DNA of 64,000 nucleotides from Vicinamibacteria bacterium (GTDB lineage Bacteria; Acidobacteriota; Vicinamibacteria; Marinacidobacterales; Marinacidobacteraceae), in NCBI GenBank assembly GCA_964291235.2, contig OZ219815.1, forward strand, positions 672,001-736,000, written 5' to 3'. The position numbers were made by a program, and so were the translations under genes. The notes under the pieces are model-generated. The model saw nothing but the letters and a program-made list of their open reading frames with translations. It did not search any database and was not told the DNA's origin. How positions within the stretch are numbered: position 1 is the stretch's first letter; every line of letters starts with the position of its first letter. Below, piece by piece: positions 9,955-18,450 of the stretch.

Positions 9955-11205
9955 ATGACCACCCGGCTCACATTCCTGGCCGCGCTCATTGCCCTCTTGC
10001 CCGGATTGGTGCACGGACAACCGGAAGCGGTCGGGAACGAAGCCCTGCCTCTCGAGACAGAGGGGTATGACCTCATCTACGACTACGACTTCGAGGAAGC
10101 CGATGCGTTGTTCCAACGCCTCGTAGATCGGTTTCCCGACTTCGCCGCCGGGCCGTACGGCCGCGCCAGCACGGTGTACATGCGGATTGCCCAGCAAACC
10201 GGAGCCATGCGCGGATCGTCACACCGGGGCGACCGGTTCTGGGACCAGAGCAGCAAGCCCGAGGTCAGTCCCGAGGATCAGGCGGCCTTCGACGAGGGTT
10301 ACGCCGAAGCGGTGGCGCGCAGCGAACGTGTCCTGGCGCGCGATCCCGACAACGTGCTCGCCTTGTACTTCCTGGGGGTCACCGAATCGCTCAGGGCTGC
10401 CTGGGAAATGACGATCATGCGCTCGTATTTCGGCGGAAGTCGAGCTATGCGCGGTGCGGTCAAGAACCACCGCAGAGTGCGTGAAATCGATCCTGAGTAC
10501 GACGATGCCTATCAGGTCCTGGGCATCTATGACTATGGGATGGCGACGCTTCCCCGGGCACTCCGCTTTCTGGCGAGGCTGTTCGGCATGCGGGGTGAAA
10601 AGGAGCGGGGTATCGAATGGCTCGCCCGGACCGCCCACGACGGGAACCGGTCGCGCTGGGGTGCGCTCTGGTCGTACCAGCTCTTCATGCAGCGCGAGGA
10701 TCGGTTGGACGAGGCCCTCGACGCCGTCAGACAGCTCCGCGAGAAGTTCCCGAAGAACCCGGACTTCGCCCTCGAAGAGGCGGGCATCCACCTGCATCAC
10801 GGCGAAACCGCCGAGGCGCGCGAGGAGTTGCTTGCCTTCCTCGAGCGACAGGATGCCGGCTTCGGCAACTTCCATCTGGCCCCGGGCGGCCTCCCCGAAC
10901 TCAGGCTGGGCGAAACCTGGCTGTACGAAGAGAACTGGGAAGAGGCGGAGGCCGTTTTCTCAAAGGGTCTCCAGTCCTCCCCGCCTCCGGATGTCCGGGT
11001 GATGCTGCACTTCCGGCGCGGCAACGCCCGCGACGGCCTCGGTCAGCGCCAGCAGGCGCTCTTCGACTACAAACGCGTCCGGCAGCTTGGTGGCGACAAG
11101 GTGGCCGAGAAGTGGGCGAAGGCCCTACGCAAGACGCCCTGGCCCGCAGGTGCTCCGGAGGGTTCCCGGCCGCACCCGGAGGGCGAGGAATCCCACCCCC
11201 ACTGA
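9955..11205 (+). CDS. Secreted tetratricopeptide-repeat protein
   Basis: Signal peptide, TPR-like helical repeats; several possible ATG starts (9925/9937/9955). Confidence 0.75.
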   Translation: MTTRLTFLAALIALLPGLVHGQPEAVGNEALPLETEGYDLIYDYDFEEADALFQRLVDRFPDFAAGPYGRASTVYMRIAQQTGAMRGSSHRGDRFWDQSSKPEVSPEDQAAFDEGYAEAVARSERVLARDPDNVLALYFLGVTESLRAAWEMTIMRSYFGGSRAMRGAVKNHRRVREIDPEYDDAYQVLGIYDYGMATLPRALRFLARLFGMRGEKERGIEWLARTAHDGNRSRWGALWSYQLFMQREDRLDEALDAVRQLREKFPKNPDFALEEAGIHLHHGETAEAREELLAFLERQDAGFGNFHLAPGGLPELRLGETWLYEENWEEAEAVFSKGLQSSPPPDVRVMLHFRRGNARDGLGQRQQALFDYKRVRQLGGDKVAEKWAKALRKTPWPAGAPEGSRPHPEGEESHPH

Positions 11206-11585
11206 CGTCGAGCGGTCCGGAAACTGGGACACGTCGCCCAAGCGGGCGAGAACACAGCGACGATGACCGTCAAGTCCCCGTCTCCGGACCGCCCGGCGCC
11301 CCCCCACCCGGAGAACTGGTGCGCCGCGAATCGAAACTCCCGCCGCACTCCGCCCACGCGGAACACCACATCAAGAGGTCCCGGTAGCGGCGGCGAGTTC
11401 CGATTCGTCGTTGCCATCTTGTGAAGGGGGGGCGGTAGCCCCCTTCACACCTTCCCCCCGGTCACGCCGGCGGCGAACCGCGGGTTCGCCGCCATTGTTT
11501 TCGGCACGTTCCGCGGTACGCGCAAGGGAGTACCGGCGCGAGAACGTGTCACCCAGAGCCCGGCAGGCGGGCGCGAGCGGTGGTT
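11205..11585 (-). repeat. Multi-hairpin structured intergenic element
   Basis: Successive long stems, e.g. gcggtccgga/tccggaccgc, cgaatcgaaactc/gagttccgattcg, gtgaagggg/ccccttcac, ggcggcgaacc/ggttcgccgcc; G-U pairs favour the minus strand. Confidence 0.55.
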
Positions 11586-12371
11586 CTACTCGTCGGCGCT
11601 GTAGGTGAAGCTGGCGTCCGCGGTGGCCGAATCGCCGACTGTCACCGCCATCTCCATCTCACCGAGCCGCTCGTGCCAGACACCTACCGTGTAGTCGCCC
11701 GGGGGCACGTTCCCGATGTTGAAGGAACCGTCCATGCTGCTGACCGCGAAATAGGGATGGTCCAGAACGCCCGCGTAGCTGTTCATCCACCGGTGCACGT
11801 CGCATTTGAAGGGCACCATGATTTCCACGCTGTCAAAGGTCCGGGTGGTGCTCATGTTCGCCACCGGCTGACCGATGTTGAACTCCTGGTTCACGGTCGG
11901 AGTGGCATGGATGTTGTGGAGCGTCGCATCGCTGTTCAGGATGTTGAGTTCCTGCCCAACCTGGATGCCCAGCACGTGCGGCACGTACACACAGCCTTCC
12001 TGATTCAGGGTGACCGGCTCGGCGGGCGCCGGGAAGCTCATCCCCTCGAGGCCGCCCTTGATGTACACGAAAGCGTTCTGCAGCCCGCCTTCCATGTCGG
12101 TAATCACGAACTCGGTCATCACGGCGCCCTCGTGCATCCGGGCGCAGTTCGGGTCCGCGGCCATCTGGATCGTGTCGGCCGGCGGAGCATCGCCATCGAG
12201 CATGATCTTGCCGCTGATGGCGCCGGCGGTCGCCGGATCCACGGTGGCCATCGGGGCAGCCGGAGCGACCTCCATGGCGGTGTCCGATTCGCCGCCGCCG
12301 CACCCGGCGACGAGGCCGAGGGCGAGGAGAACCAGGAGCAAAACGAGCGTGCGAGGGGCTCTATGAAGCAT
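11586..12371 (-). CDS. Cupredoxin-like / carboxypeptidase-regulatory-like domain lipoprotein
   Basis: Lipobox VAGC; HNIH and CDVHRWM putative type-1 Cu ligand set; C-terminal GDYTVGVWHE beta-sandwich. Confidence 0.8.
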   Translation of the reverse strand: MLHRAPRTLVLLLVLLALGLVAGCGGGESDTAMEVAPAAPMATVDPATAGAISGKIMLDGDAPPADTIQMAADPNCARMHEGAVMTEFVITDMEGGLQNAFVYIKGGLEGMSFPAPAEPVTLNQEGCVYVPHVLGIQVGQELNILNSDATLHNIHATPTVNQEFNIGQPVANMSTTRTFDSVEIMVPFKCDVHRWMNSYAGVLDHPYFAVSSMDGSFNIGNVPPGDYTVGVWHERLGEMEMAVTVGDSATADASFTYSADE

Positions 12372-12513
12372 CTTGCGGGGAACCTCCGTTCCGAAAGAAG
12401 TGGGGCGGGACAACGGTCCGGGACCGGTCGGCCTGACAGACTCGGGCCGCACCTGACAGCCGGGAACCCGACTCAGAGGGACACGAAGGCCCCTGAATTG
12501 AGCCGCGAATTCT

Positions 12514-12695
12514 AGCAGCCTGTGGACAAAGTCACGCGGCATTCGAACGGCGATGCATCCCGGCTGAACGGGCCGCTGCGCGACCCTCATCGTTGCGCTT
12601 CGGTCGGAATACACTCGGTATTCCTCCCTCACGCGCCTTGTCAGCCAGGCGCCTCACCGTTCTCGGTGCTCACGTCACTTCATCCACAGGCTGCT
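12514..12695. repeat. ~185 bp MITE-like / structured repeat element, copy 2 (inverted)
   Basis: agcagcctgtggacaaagtcacg ... cgtcacttcatccacaggctgct; internal segments match the reverse complement of 61-249. Confidence 0.85.
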
Positions 12696-12814
12696 CGGTC
12701 GGCGGAAGAGTACTGGCAACCTGGGCAACGATTCCGGGGAAGCTCTCCGGTCTCGAGGCATCGGTCTTGCTTGCTTCGCGCCACAATACGCGAATACCGA
12801 CGGAGAGGTTCGCC

Positions 12815-13753
12815 ATGTCCCTGTGGATCCGGACGAGAGTCCCCGCCCCTCTGGCGCTAGCCTTGGCCTCCACCCTGGTCGGGGTGCTGGCGGCTGGCGG
12901 CGCCCAGCGCCAACAGGATCCTTTCCGCATCCAGGTGCAGGTGGAGGCGGTCAGCCTGGGGGTTGCCGTCAGCGACAAACGCGGCCGTTTCGTCTCCGGC
13001 CTGACCGCCGATGACTTCATCGTGCGCGAGGACGGGGTTCCGCAGCAAATCACCTTCTTCGCCGCCGAGGCGGCGCCGCTCACGATCCTGGTACTCCTCG
13101 ACGCTTCGCTGAGCATGCGGGCAAGTCTCGACTACGTGAAGGAGGCGGCCGCCACGTTCGTGGACCGGCTCTGGGAGGGCGACCGCGCCATGATCGGCGA
13201 GTTCAACGACCGGGTCCGCTTCGGAGGTGAGTTCACCGACGACCGTTTCCGGCTCACGGCGAACATCATGGCGCTCGATCCACTGGGCCCCACGGCGCTC
13301 TACGACGCTTCGATCCTGTCACTCGAGCGGCTCTACTTCTCCGATGGGGACCGCAAGGCATTGCTCATCTTCACCGATGGCGATGACTCGCGGAGCATGG
13401 GGTTCGGGAGCGAAGCGAGCGCCGGCGACGCCATCGAAGCCGCCCGGCTCACCGACGCCGTGGTGTACGCCATCGGTTTTGAAGGCAACGGCGCCCGCGT
13501 GAACAAGCGGTTTCTGCGCCGGCTGACCGAGGAAACCGGCGGCCAGGCGCTGTTCCCCGACCGGACGGGGGACCTGATCGGCAGCTTCGAACGTATCGAG
13601 GCCGATCTCCACGCCCAATACCGGCTCGCCTATATCCCCCGCGATGCCGACAAGGACGGGGAATGGCGCGAGATCGAGGTCACGGTCCGCGGACGGCGCG
13701 ACCTGACGACTCGCACCCGGAACGGGTACTACGCGTTTCCGAGCGAGGAGTAG
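12815..13753 (+). CDS. VWA domain protein (acidobacterial VWFA-related)
   Basis: MIDAS DASLSM, TALYDA, FTDGDD; N-terminal FRIQVQVEAV...GLTADDFIVREDG; SD GGAGAGG. Confidence 0.88.
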   Translation: MSLWIRTRVPAPLALALASTLVGVLAAGGAQRQQDPFRIQVQVEAVSLGVAVSDKRGRFVSGLTADDFIVREDGVPQQITFFAAEAAPLTILVLLDASLSMRASLDYVKEAAATFVDRLWEGDRAMIGEFNDRVRFGGEFTDDRFRLTANIMALDPLGPTALYDASILSLERLYFSDGDRKALLIFTDGDDSRSMGFGSEASAGDAIEAARLTDAVVYAIGFEGNGARVNKRFLRRLTEETGGQALFPDRTGDLIGSFERIEADLHAQYRLAYIPRDADKDGEWREIEVTVRGRRDLTTRTRNGYYAFPSEE

Positions 13754-13762
13754 CTGCCTGCC

Positions 13763-13783
13763 GCCCCACCTGGGAGGTGGGGC
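13763..13783. terminator. GC hairpin between convergent genes
   Basis: gccccacc-tggga-ggtggggc; no U tract. Confidence 0.45.
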
Positions 13784-13785
13784 TG

Positions 13786-14109
13786 CTAGGGCCGCAGACC
13801 CTCGAGCGATGGCAGCTTCGGGGGTGTCGCGACCACCTTCCGCGACGATGCCCGCCCGAAGATCGGGACTCCTGCCCGCCGCCGGCGAGAGATGAACACG
13901 TAGCCGGCCAGCGAGGCGAAGACCGAGTAGGGCATCGCCAGCAGGAACAGGATCGCCCGGTTGAAGCCGACCGCGGCTTCCTCGTTCTGCTCGAGCGCGG
14001 TCCGGCACATGGAGCACTGCGCGGACCCTTCCGCGGGCAGGAGAACGAGGCACGCCACCACCGCGACAAGCACCAGCGCGGAAAACCGCGAGTTCAGACC
14101 ACCGGACAT
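13786..14109 (-). CDS. Small membrane protein with AQCSMC motif (oxidase-operon associated)
   Basis: Signal-like N-terminus, CxxC, one TM helix; last gene of the cox operon. Confidence 0.7.
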   Translation of the reverse strand: MSGGLNSRFSALVLVAVVACLVLLPAEGSAQCSMCRTALEQNEEAAVGFNRAILFLLAMPYSVFASLAGYVFISRRRRAGVPIFGRASSRKVVATPPKLPSLEGLRP

Positions 14110-14113
14110 CAGG

Positions 14114-14434
14114 TCACTGCATGAAGCTCCCGAGTCCCGTCGCGGAATCGAGGATATGGCCGCCGTCGTACGCGGGGAGCACGAACATCAGGATGCTGGT
14201 AACGAAGAGTCCGACCAGCACGGTGAGCATCAGGCTCTTGTGCTCGAACTTCAGGTGCATGTAGTGGAAGATGATGAGCGTCGCCTTGATCGCCGAACCG
14301 AACAACAAGACGATGACGGCCAGGGCTGCTGGCAGATTCGCTCCTTCGACGGCGATCATGAGGAGGGTGACGCTCAACAGGATCACCCAGATGATCCAGT
14401 AGCCCCGGTAGGGGTGGGCCGAGTCAGCGGACAT
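14114..14434 (-). CDS. ctaF: Cytochrome c oxidase subunit IV family protein
   Basis: Three TM helices, KATLIIFHYMHLKFE motif. Confidence 0.85.
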   Translation of the reverse strand: MSADSAHPYRGYWIIWVILLSVTLLMIAVEGANLPAALAVIVLLFGSAIKATLIIFHYMHLKFEHKSLMLTVLVGLFVTSILMFVLPAYDGGHILDSATGLGSFMQ

Positions 14435-14446
14435 CGGGGGCTCCTC

Positions 14447-15052
14447 CTAGACGAGATAGAAGAGGGCGAAGACGAAGACCCAGACCAGGTCGACGAAGTG
14501 CCAGTAGAGACCGGCGTTTTCCACCCCGGCCGCGGAGTACTTCCCGAGCGCCGAACGAATCGCCACGATCAGCAGCACGGTCACACCGGTGAGGACGTGG
14601 AAACCGTGGAAGCCGGTGATGATGAAGAAGAACTGACTGAAGGTCGGCGAGCCCCAGGGGTTGGTGTGGATCCCGCCGCCGTCCTGAATGAAGTGGGTCC
14701 ACTCGTAAGCCTGCATCCCGAGGAAGCCGAACCCGCCGAGGATGGTGAGCCACAGGCAGAGGGTGACCGTCTTGCGCCGCTCGAGTTCGGCAGCGGCCAC
14801 CGCGCATGCCATGGTGGCCGACGAGGTGATCAGGACGAAGGTCATCGCCGCGATGTACGTGAGGCTGAAGACCTCACTCTGCGCCGGCCAGTCCCCGGTG
14901 GCAATTCGCACCACGCCGTAGCTGACCAGCAGGCCGGCGAACAGCAGCGCGTCGGTGACGATGAAGAACCACATCATCATCTTTTGCCAGGTCACACCGA
15001 AGGGGCTCGCACCGCCCCCCCAGTCCGCCCGAGCAATCGCGGTCTGGCTCAT
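14447..15052 (-). CDS. ctaE: Cytochrome c oxidase subunit III (copy B)
   Basis: TGFHGFHV, GLYWHFVDLVW. Confidence 0.9.
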   Translation of the reverse strand: MSQTAIARADWGGGASPFGVTWQKMMMWFFIVTDALLFAGLLVSYGVVRIATGDWPAQSEVFSLTYIAAMTFVLITSSATMACAVAAAELERRKTVTLCLWLTILGGFGFLGMQAYEWTHFIQDGGGIHTNPWGSPTFSQFFFIITGFHGFHVLTGVTVLLIVAIRSALGKYSAAGVENAGLYWHFVDLVWVFVFALFYLV

Positions 15053-15095
15053 GCGTCCTCCTCTCCCAATCGGCGTTCGGAGCTTTTAGATCTCA

Positions 15096-15701
15096 TCAGC
15101 CGAGAAGAGACAGTACGGCCAGCAGATAGATCCACAGGCCGCCTACGAAATGCCAGTAGATGGCGGTCAGGGTGGGCGCGTCGGAACGCCCGGGTACGAG
15201 TCGGCCGGCAGCCGCCAGCCCGAACAGGACGAGTAGCGCGAGAACGCCGGCCACCAGATGGGCGCCATGCACTCCGGTGAGCACGAAGAAGAACGAACTC
15301 TTCGGATGGCTCTGGAGAAAGATCCCGGCCTCGTTGAGGGAGAGCCAGGCGGCGTACTGGCTTGCCAGGAATCCGGTGCCGAGCGCCGCCGTGGCGGCAC
15401 TCCACGACCGGAAGGACGCCAGGCTCCCGTGCCCAAAGGCCCGGCGGGCCAGCTCGAGAGTCAGCGAGCTGGCCGCAATCAGCGCGGTGCTCAGCCAGAG
15501 CACCGGCGGCAGCTCCAGCGCCGTCCAGTCGCCGCCGCCGCTCCGCACGATGTAGGCGGAGGTGAACGCGGCGAACAGCATCGTAATCCCGCCGAGAGCC
15601 ACCAGCAGGCCGAGGCGGTTGATGTGGCGCCGGTCGGAACTGGACCGCGCCGCGTCCAGGGGCGCCGCCATTCCGCTGGTCACCGAACTCACCTTGCTCA
15701 T
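15096..15701 (-). CDS. ctaE: Cytochrome c oxidase subunit III (copy A)
   Basis: TGVHGAHL, YWHFVGGLW; ATG at 15701. Confidence 0.85.
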   Translation of the reverse strand: MSKVSSVTSGMAAPLDAARSSSDRRHINRLGLLVALGGITMLFAAFTSAYIVRSGGGDWTALELPPVLWLSTALIAASSLTLELARRAFGHGSLASFRSWSAATAALGTGFLASQYAAWLSLNEAGIFLQSHPKSSFFFVLTGVHGAHLVAGVLALLVLFGLAAAGRLVPGRSDAPTLTAIYWHFVGGLWIYLLAVLSLLG

Positions 15702-15717
15702 CCCGGAAGGGCCTGGC

Positions 15718-17445
15718 TCAGGCCTCCCACTGCGGCGTGAAGTCGCGCTTCTTGCCGGGCTCGGAATAGTCGTAGGGCCAGCGATGGGCGTCGGGAATCT
15801 CCCCTTCCCAGTTTCCGTGTCCGGGCTGGGGCGGGGTGGACCACTCAAGCCCGGTGGCATTCCAGGGATTGGCGGTGGCCGGCGCTCCGCGACGCATGCT
15901 CGCAAAGTAGTTGTAGATGAAGATCAACTGACCGGTGAACAGCACGAAGGCGGAAATCGTGATGAACAGGTTCACCGGCTGCAGCGGCTGCAGGTACTCG
16001 TAAACGTTCGGGTCGTAGATGCGACGCATCATGCCCGAGACGCCCAGGTAGTGCATCGGGAAGAAGACCGCGTAGTAGGCGACGAAGGTGATCCAGAAAT
16101 GGATCTTCCCGAGACGCTCGCTCAGCATCCTGCCGAACATCTTGGGGTACCAGTAGTACACCGCCCCGAAGGCGCCGAAGAGCCCGGCGCCCGCCATGAT
16201 GAAGTGGAAGTGGCCGACGACGAAGTAGGTGTCGTGCAACTGGATGTCGACGGCGTTGGTCCCCAGGAAAATCCCGGTCAGACCGCCGGTCACGAACAGC
16301 GACACCACACCCAACCCGAACAGGGAGGCGCTCGTGAACTGGATCCGGGCCCGGGCGATGGTGAACAGCCAGTTGAACGCCTTGACCGCCGAGGGGATGG
16401 CGATCGCGAGGGTCGTCACCACGAACAGGCTGCCGAGGAACGGGCTCATCCCGCTCACGAACATGTGGTGTCCCCAGACCAGGAAGCTCAGCGTGCCGAT
16501 CGCCCAGATGGCGTACACCATCGACTTGTAGCCGAAGATCGGCCGGCGGCAGAAGGTTGCCAGGATGTCCGAGGTGAACCCCATGGCCGGCAGCATGATG
16601 ATGTAGACCTCGGGGTGCCCGAGGAACCAGAAGAGGTGCTGCCAGAGCAACGGCGTGCCACCCTCGTGGGGCATCAGGGTGTCGCCGATGAAGATGCCGG
16701 CCGGAAGGAAGAAACTGGTTCCGAGCGACCGGTCGAACGTCAGCAGCAGGGCACCGGCGGCCAGGGCCGGGAAGGACAGCAGTCCCAGGATGCCGACCAC
16801 GAACTGCGCCCAGGTGGTCAGCGGCATTCGCATCATCCGGAGCCCCTTCGTTCTGAGGTTCAGGATGGTCACGACAAAGTTCAATCCGCCCATCGTGAAC
16901 GACGCCACGAAGAAGATCATCCCGACGAGCCACAGGGTCTGGCCCAGGTCGGAACCGGGTATGGCGCTGCGGATGGCCGACAGCGGCGGATAGGCGGTCC
17001 ACCCGGAGGCAGCCGCACCGCCCTCGACGAAGAACGAGATGATGATGATGATCGCGCCGGGAACCACCGTCCAGAAGGACAGCATGTTCAGGAAGGGGAA
17101 CGCCATGTCGCGCGCCCCGATCTGGAGGGGAATCAGGAAGTTTCCGAATCCGCTGACCGGCAACAGCGAAAGCAGGAAGAACACCATGATCGTCCCGTGC
17201 ATGGTGAACAGCGAGACGTAGAACTCGGGGGTCATGATCCCGCTGGCCATGCCGACGGGAAACAGGTTCTCGAGAAACGGCCAGGGCGCCGACGGGAAGC
17301 CAAGCTGGAGCCGGATCAACACCGCCAGGATCCCGCCGATGAACCCCATGGTCATCGCGAGCGTGAAGTACTGCTTGCCGATCATCTTGTGATCGAAGCT
17401 GAAGACGTACTTGCTCACGAAGCTTTGCTTTGCGCCGTGCTCCAT
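15718..17445 (-). CDS. ctaD: Heme-copper oxidase subunit I, type A1
   Basis: GHPEVY, WGHHM, GHFHF, TMHG; D-channel DMAFP, K-channel PSAVK. Confidence 0.96.
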   Translation of the reverse strand: MEHGAKQSFVSKYVFSFDHKMIGKQYFTLAMTMGFIGGILAVLIRLQLGFPSAPWPFLENLFPVGMASGIMTPEFYVSLFTMHGTIMVFFLLSLLPVSGFGNFLIPLQIGARDMAFPFLNMLSFWTVVPGAIIIIISFFVEGGAAASGWTAYPPLSAIRSAIPGSDLGQTLWLVGMIFFVASFTMGGLNFVVTILNLRTKGLRMMRMPLTTWAQFVVGILGLLSFPALAAGALLLTFDRSLGTSFFLPAGIFIGDTLMPHEGGTPLLWQHLFWFLGHPEVYIIMLPAMGFTSDILATFCRRPIFGYKSMVYAIWAIGTLSFLVWGHHMFVSGMSPFLGSLFVVTTLAIAIPSAVKAFNWLFTIARARIQFTSASLFGLGVVSLFVTGGLTGIFLGTNAVDIQLHDTYFVVGHFHFIMAGAGLFGAFGAVYYWYPKMFGRMLSERLGKIHFWITFVAYYAVFFPMHYLGVSGMMRRIYDPNVYEYLQPLQPVNLFITISAFVLFTGQLIFIYNYFASMRRGAPATANPWNATGLEWSTPPQPGHGNWEGEIPDAHRWPYDYSEPGKKRDFTPQWEA

Positions 17446-17502
17446 CGCTTTTCTCCAGTCCTTTAGTGGGGTCCGCTGCCTCGACTGCGCTGATCCGCTC
17501 CG

Positions 17503-18351
17503 CTATTCCGCCGCCGGAGACGCCGCGGCGACTTCGGTCGCCGGCGCGTTCTCCGCCAGCCACTGCCGGTAATCGGCCTCTTCCATGACCTCGAGGAAGG
17601 CGCGCATCCGATAGTGGCCCAGCCCGCACAGTTCGGCGCAGGCCACTTCGTAGCTTCCAGTCTTGACTGGCGTGAACCACACCTCGGTGGTCATCCCCGG
17701 CACCAGGTCGTTCTTGACCCGAAAGTTGGGCAGGAAGAAGGCGTGCTGGACGTCCTTCGACCGCAGGAGGATCCGCGCCGGACGGTTTACGGGAAGCACC
17801 AGCTGGTTGGTGAGGACCCAGTCGTCGCCGGCCGCGGCGTCGCTCTCGTCAAGACCGATCTGATTGTCGATGGCGTAGAGCGTCGGGTCGAAACGGCCGA
17901 ACTCACCGTCGGCGCCCGGATAGTGGAAGTCCCACTGAAACTGGGCTCCGACCGCCATCACTGTCACCGCATCGTCAGGCGCCGGCCCCCGCACCCGATC
18001 CCAATAGATCAATCCGGTGAAGACGATCGGGATGAGGATGACCGCGGTGCCGATCGTCCAGGTGAGTTCGAGCTTGTGGCTCTCGTGCCAATGGCTCGAC
18101 TCGGCGCCGGGCCGGTCCCCGCGGTACCGGTAGATGACGTAGCCGAGCGCGAGCTGATAGAGGATGTACGCGGCCCCGGTGATCCCGAGGATCACATAGT
18201 AGAGGTTGTCCAGGTAGCCGCGATCGGAAGCCAGCTCGGGCACGCCGTAGCGAACGTAATAGAGCGACGAGAGCACCACGATCGCCCAGATGACGACCGC
18301 CATGGCGATCCCCTGAAGACTTCCGCGGCTTCCCTTCGGTTCATCGGCCAT
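17503..18351 (-). CDS. ctaC: Cytochrome c oxidase subunit II (CuA)
   Basis: DVQH...CAELCGLGHYRM CuA motif; no fused cytochrome c. Confidence 0.94.
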   Translation of the reverse strand: MADEPKGSRGSLQGIAMAVVIWAIVVLSSLYYVRYGVPELASDRGYLDNLYYVILGITGAAYILYQLALGYVIYRYRGDRPGAESSHWHESHKLELTWTIGTAVILIPIVFTGLIYWDRVRGPAPDDAVTVMAVGAQFQWDFHYPGADGEFGRFDPTLYAIDNQIGLDESDAAAGDDWVLTNQLVLPVNRPARILLRSKDVQHAFFLPNFRVKNDLVPGMTTEVWFTPVKTGSYEVACAELCGLGHYRMRAFLEVMEEADYRQWLAENAPATEVAAASPAAE

Positions 18352-18450
18352 CTGACGTTTCTCCTGGGTGTTGCTGACGGGCCGCCCGTTGGCTCCGGCT
18401 TCCCGCCCGGGCTTCGATCAGGAATCCCAAGTGATGATGATCCAACCGGA

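Noticed and set aside
11067-11417. 116 aa minus-strand ORF
   Set aside because: Overlaps the TPR gene end and lies in a hairpin-rich region; no recognisable motifs
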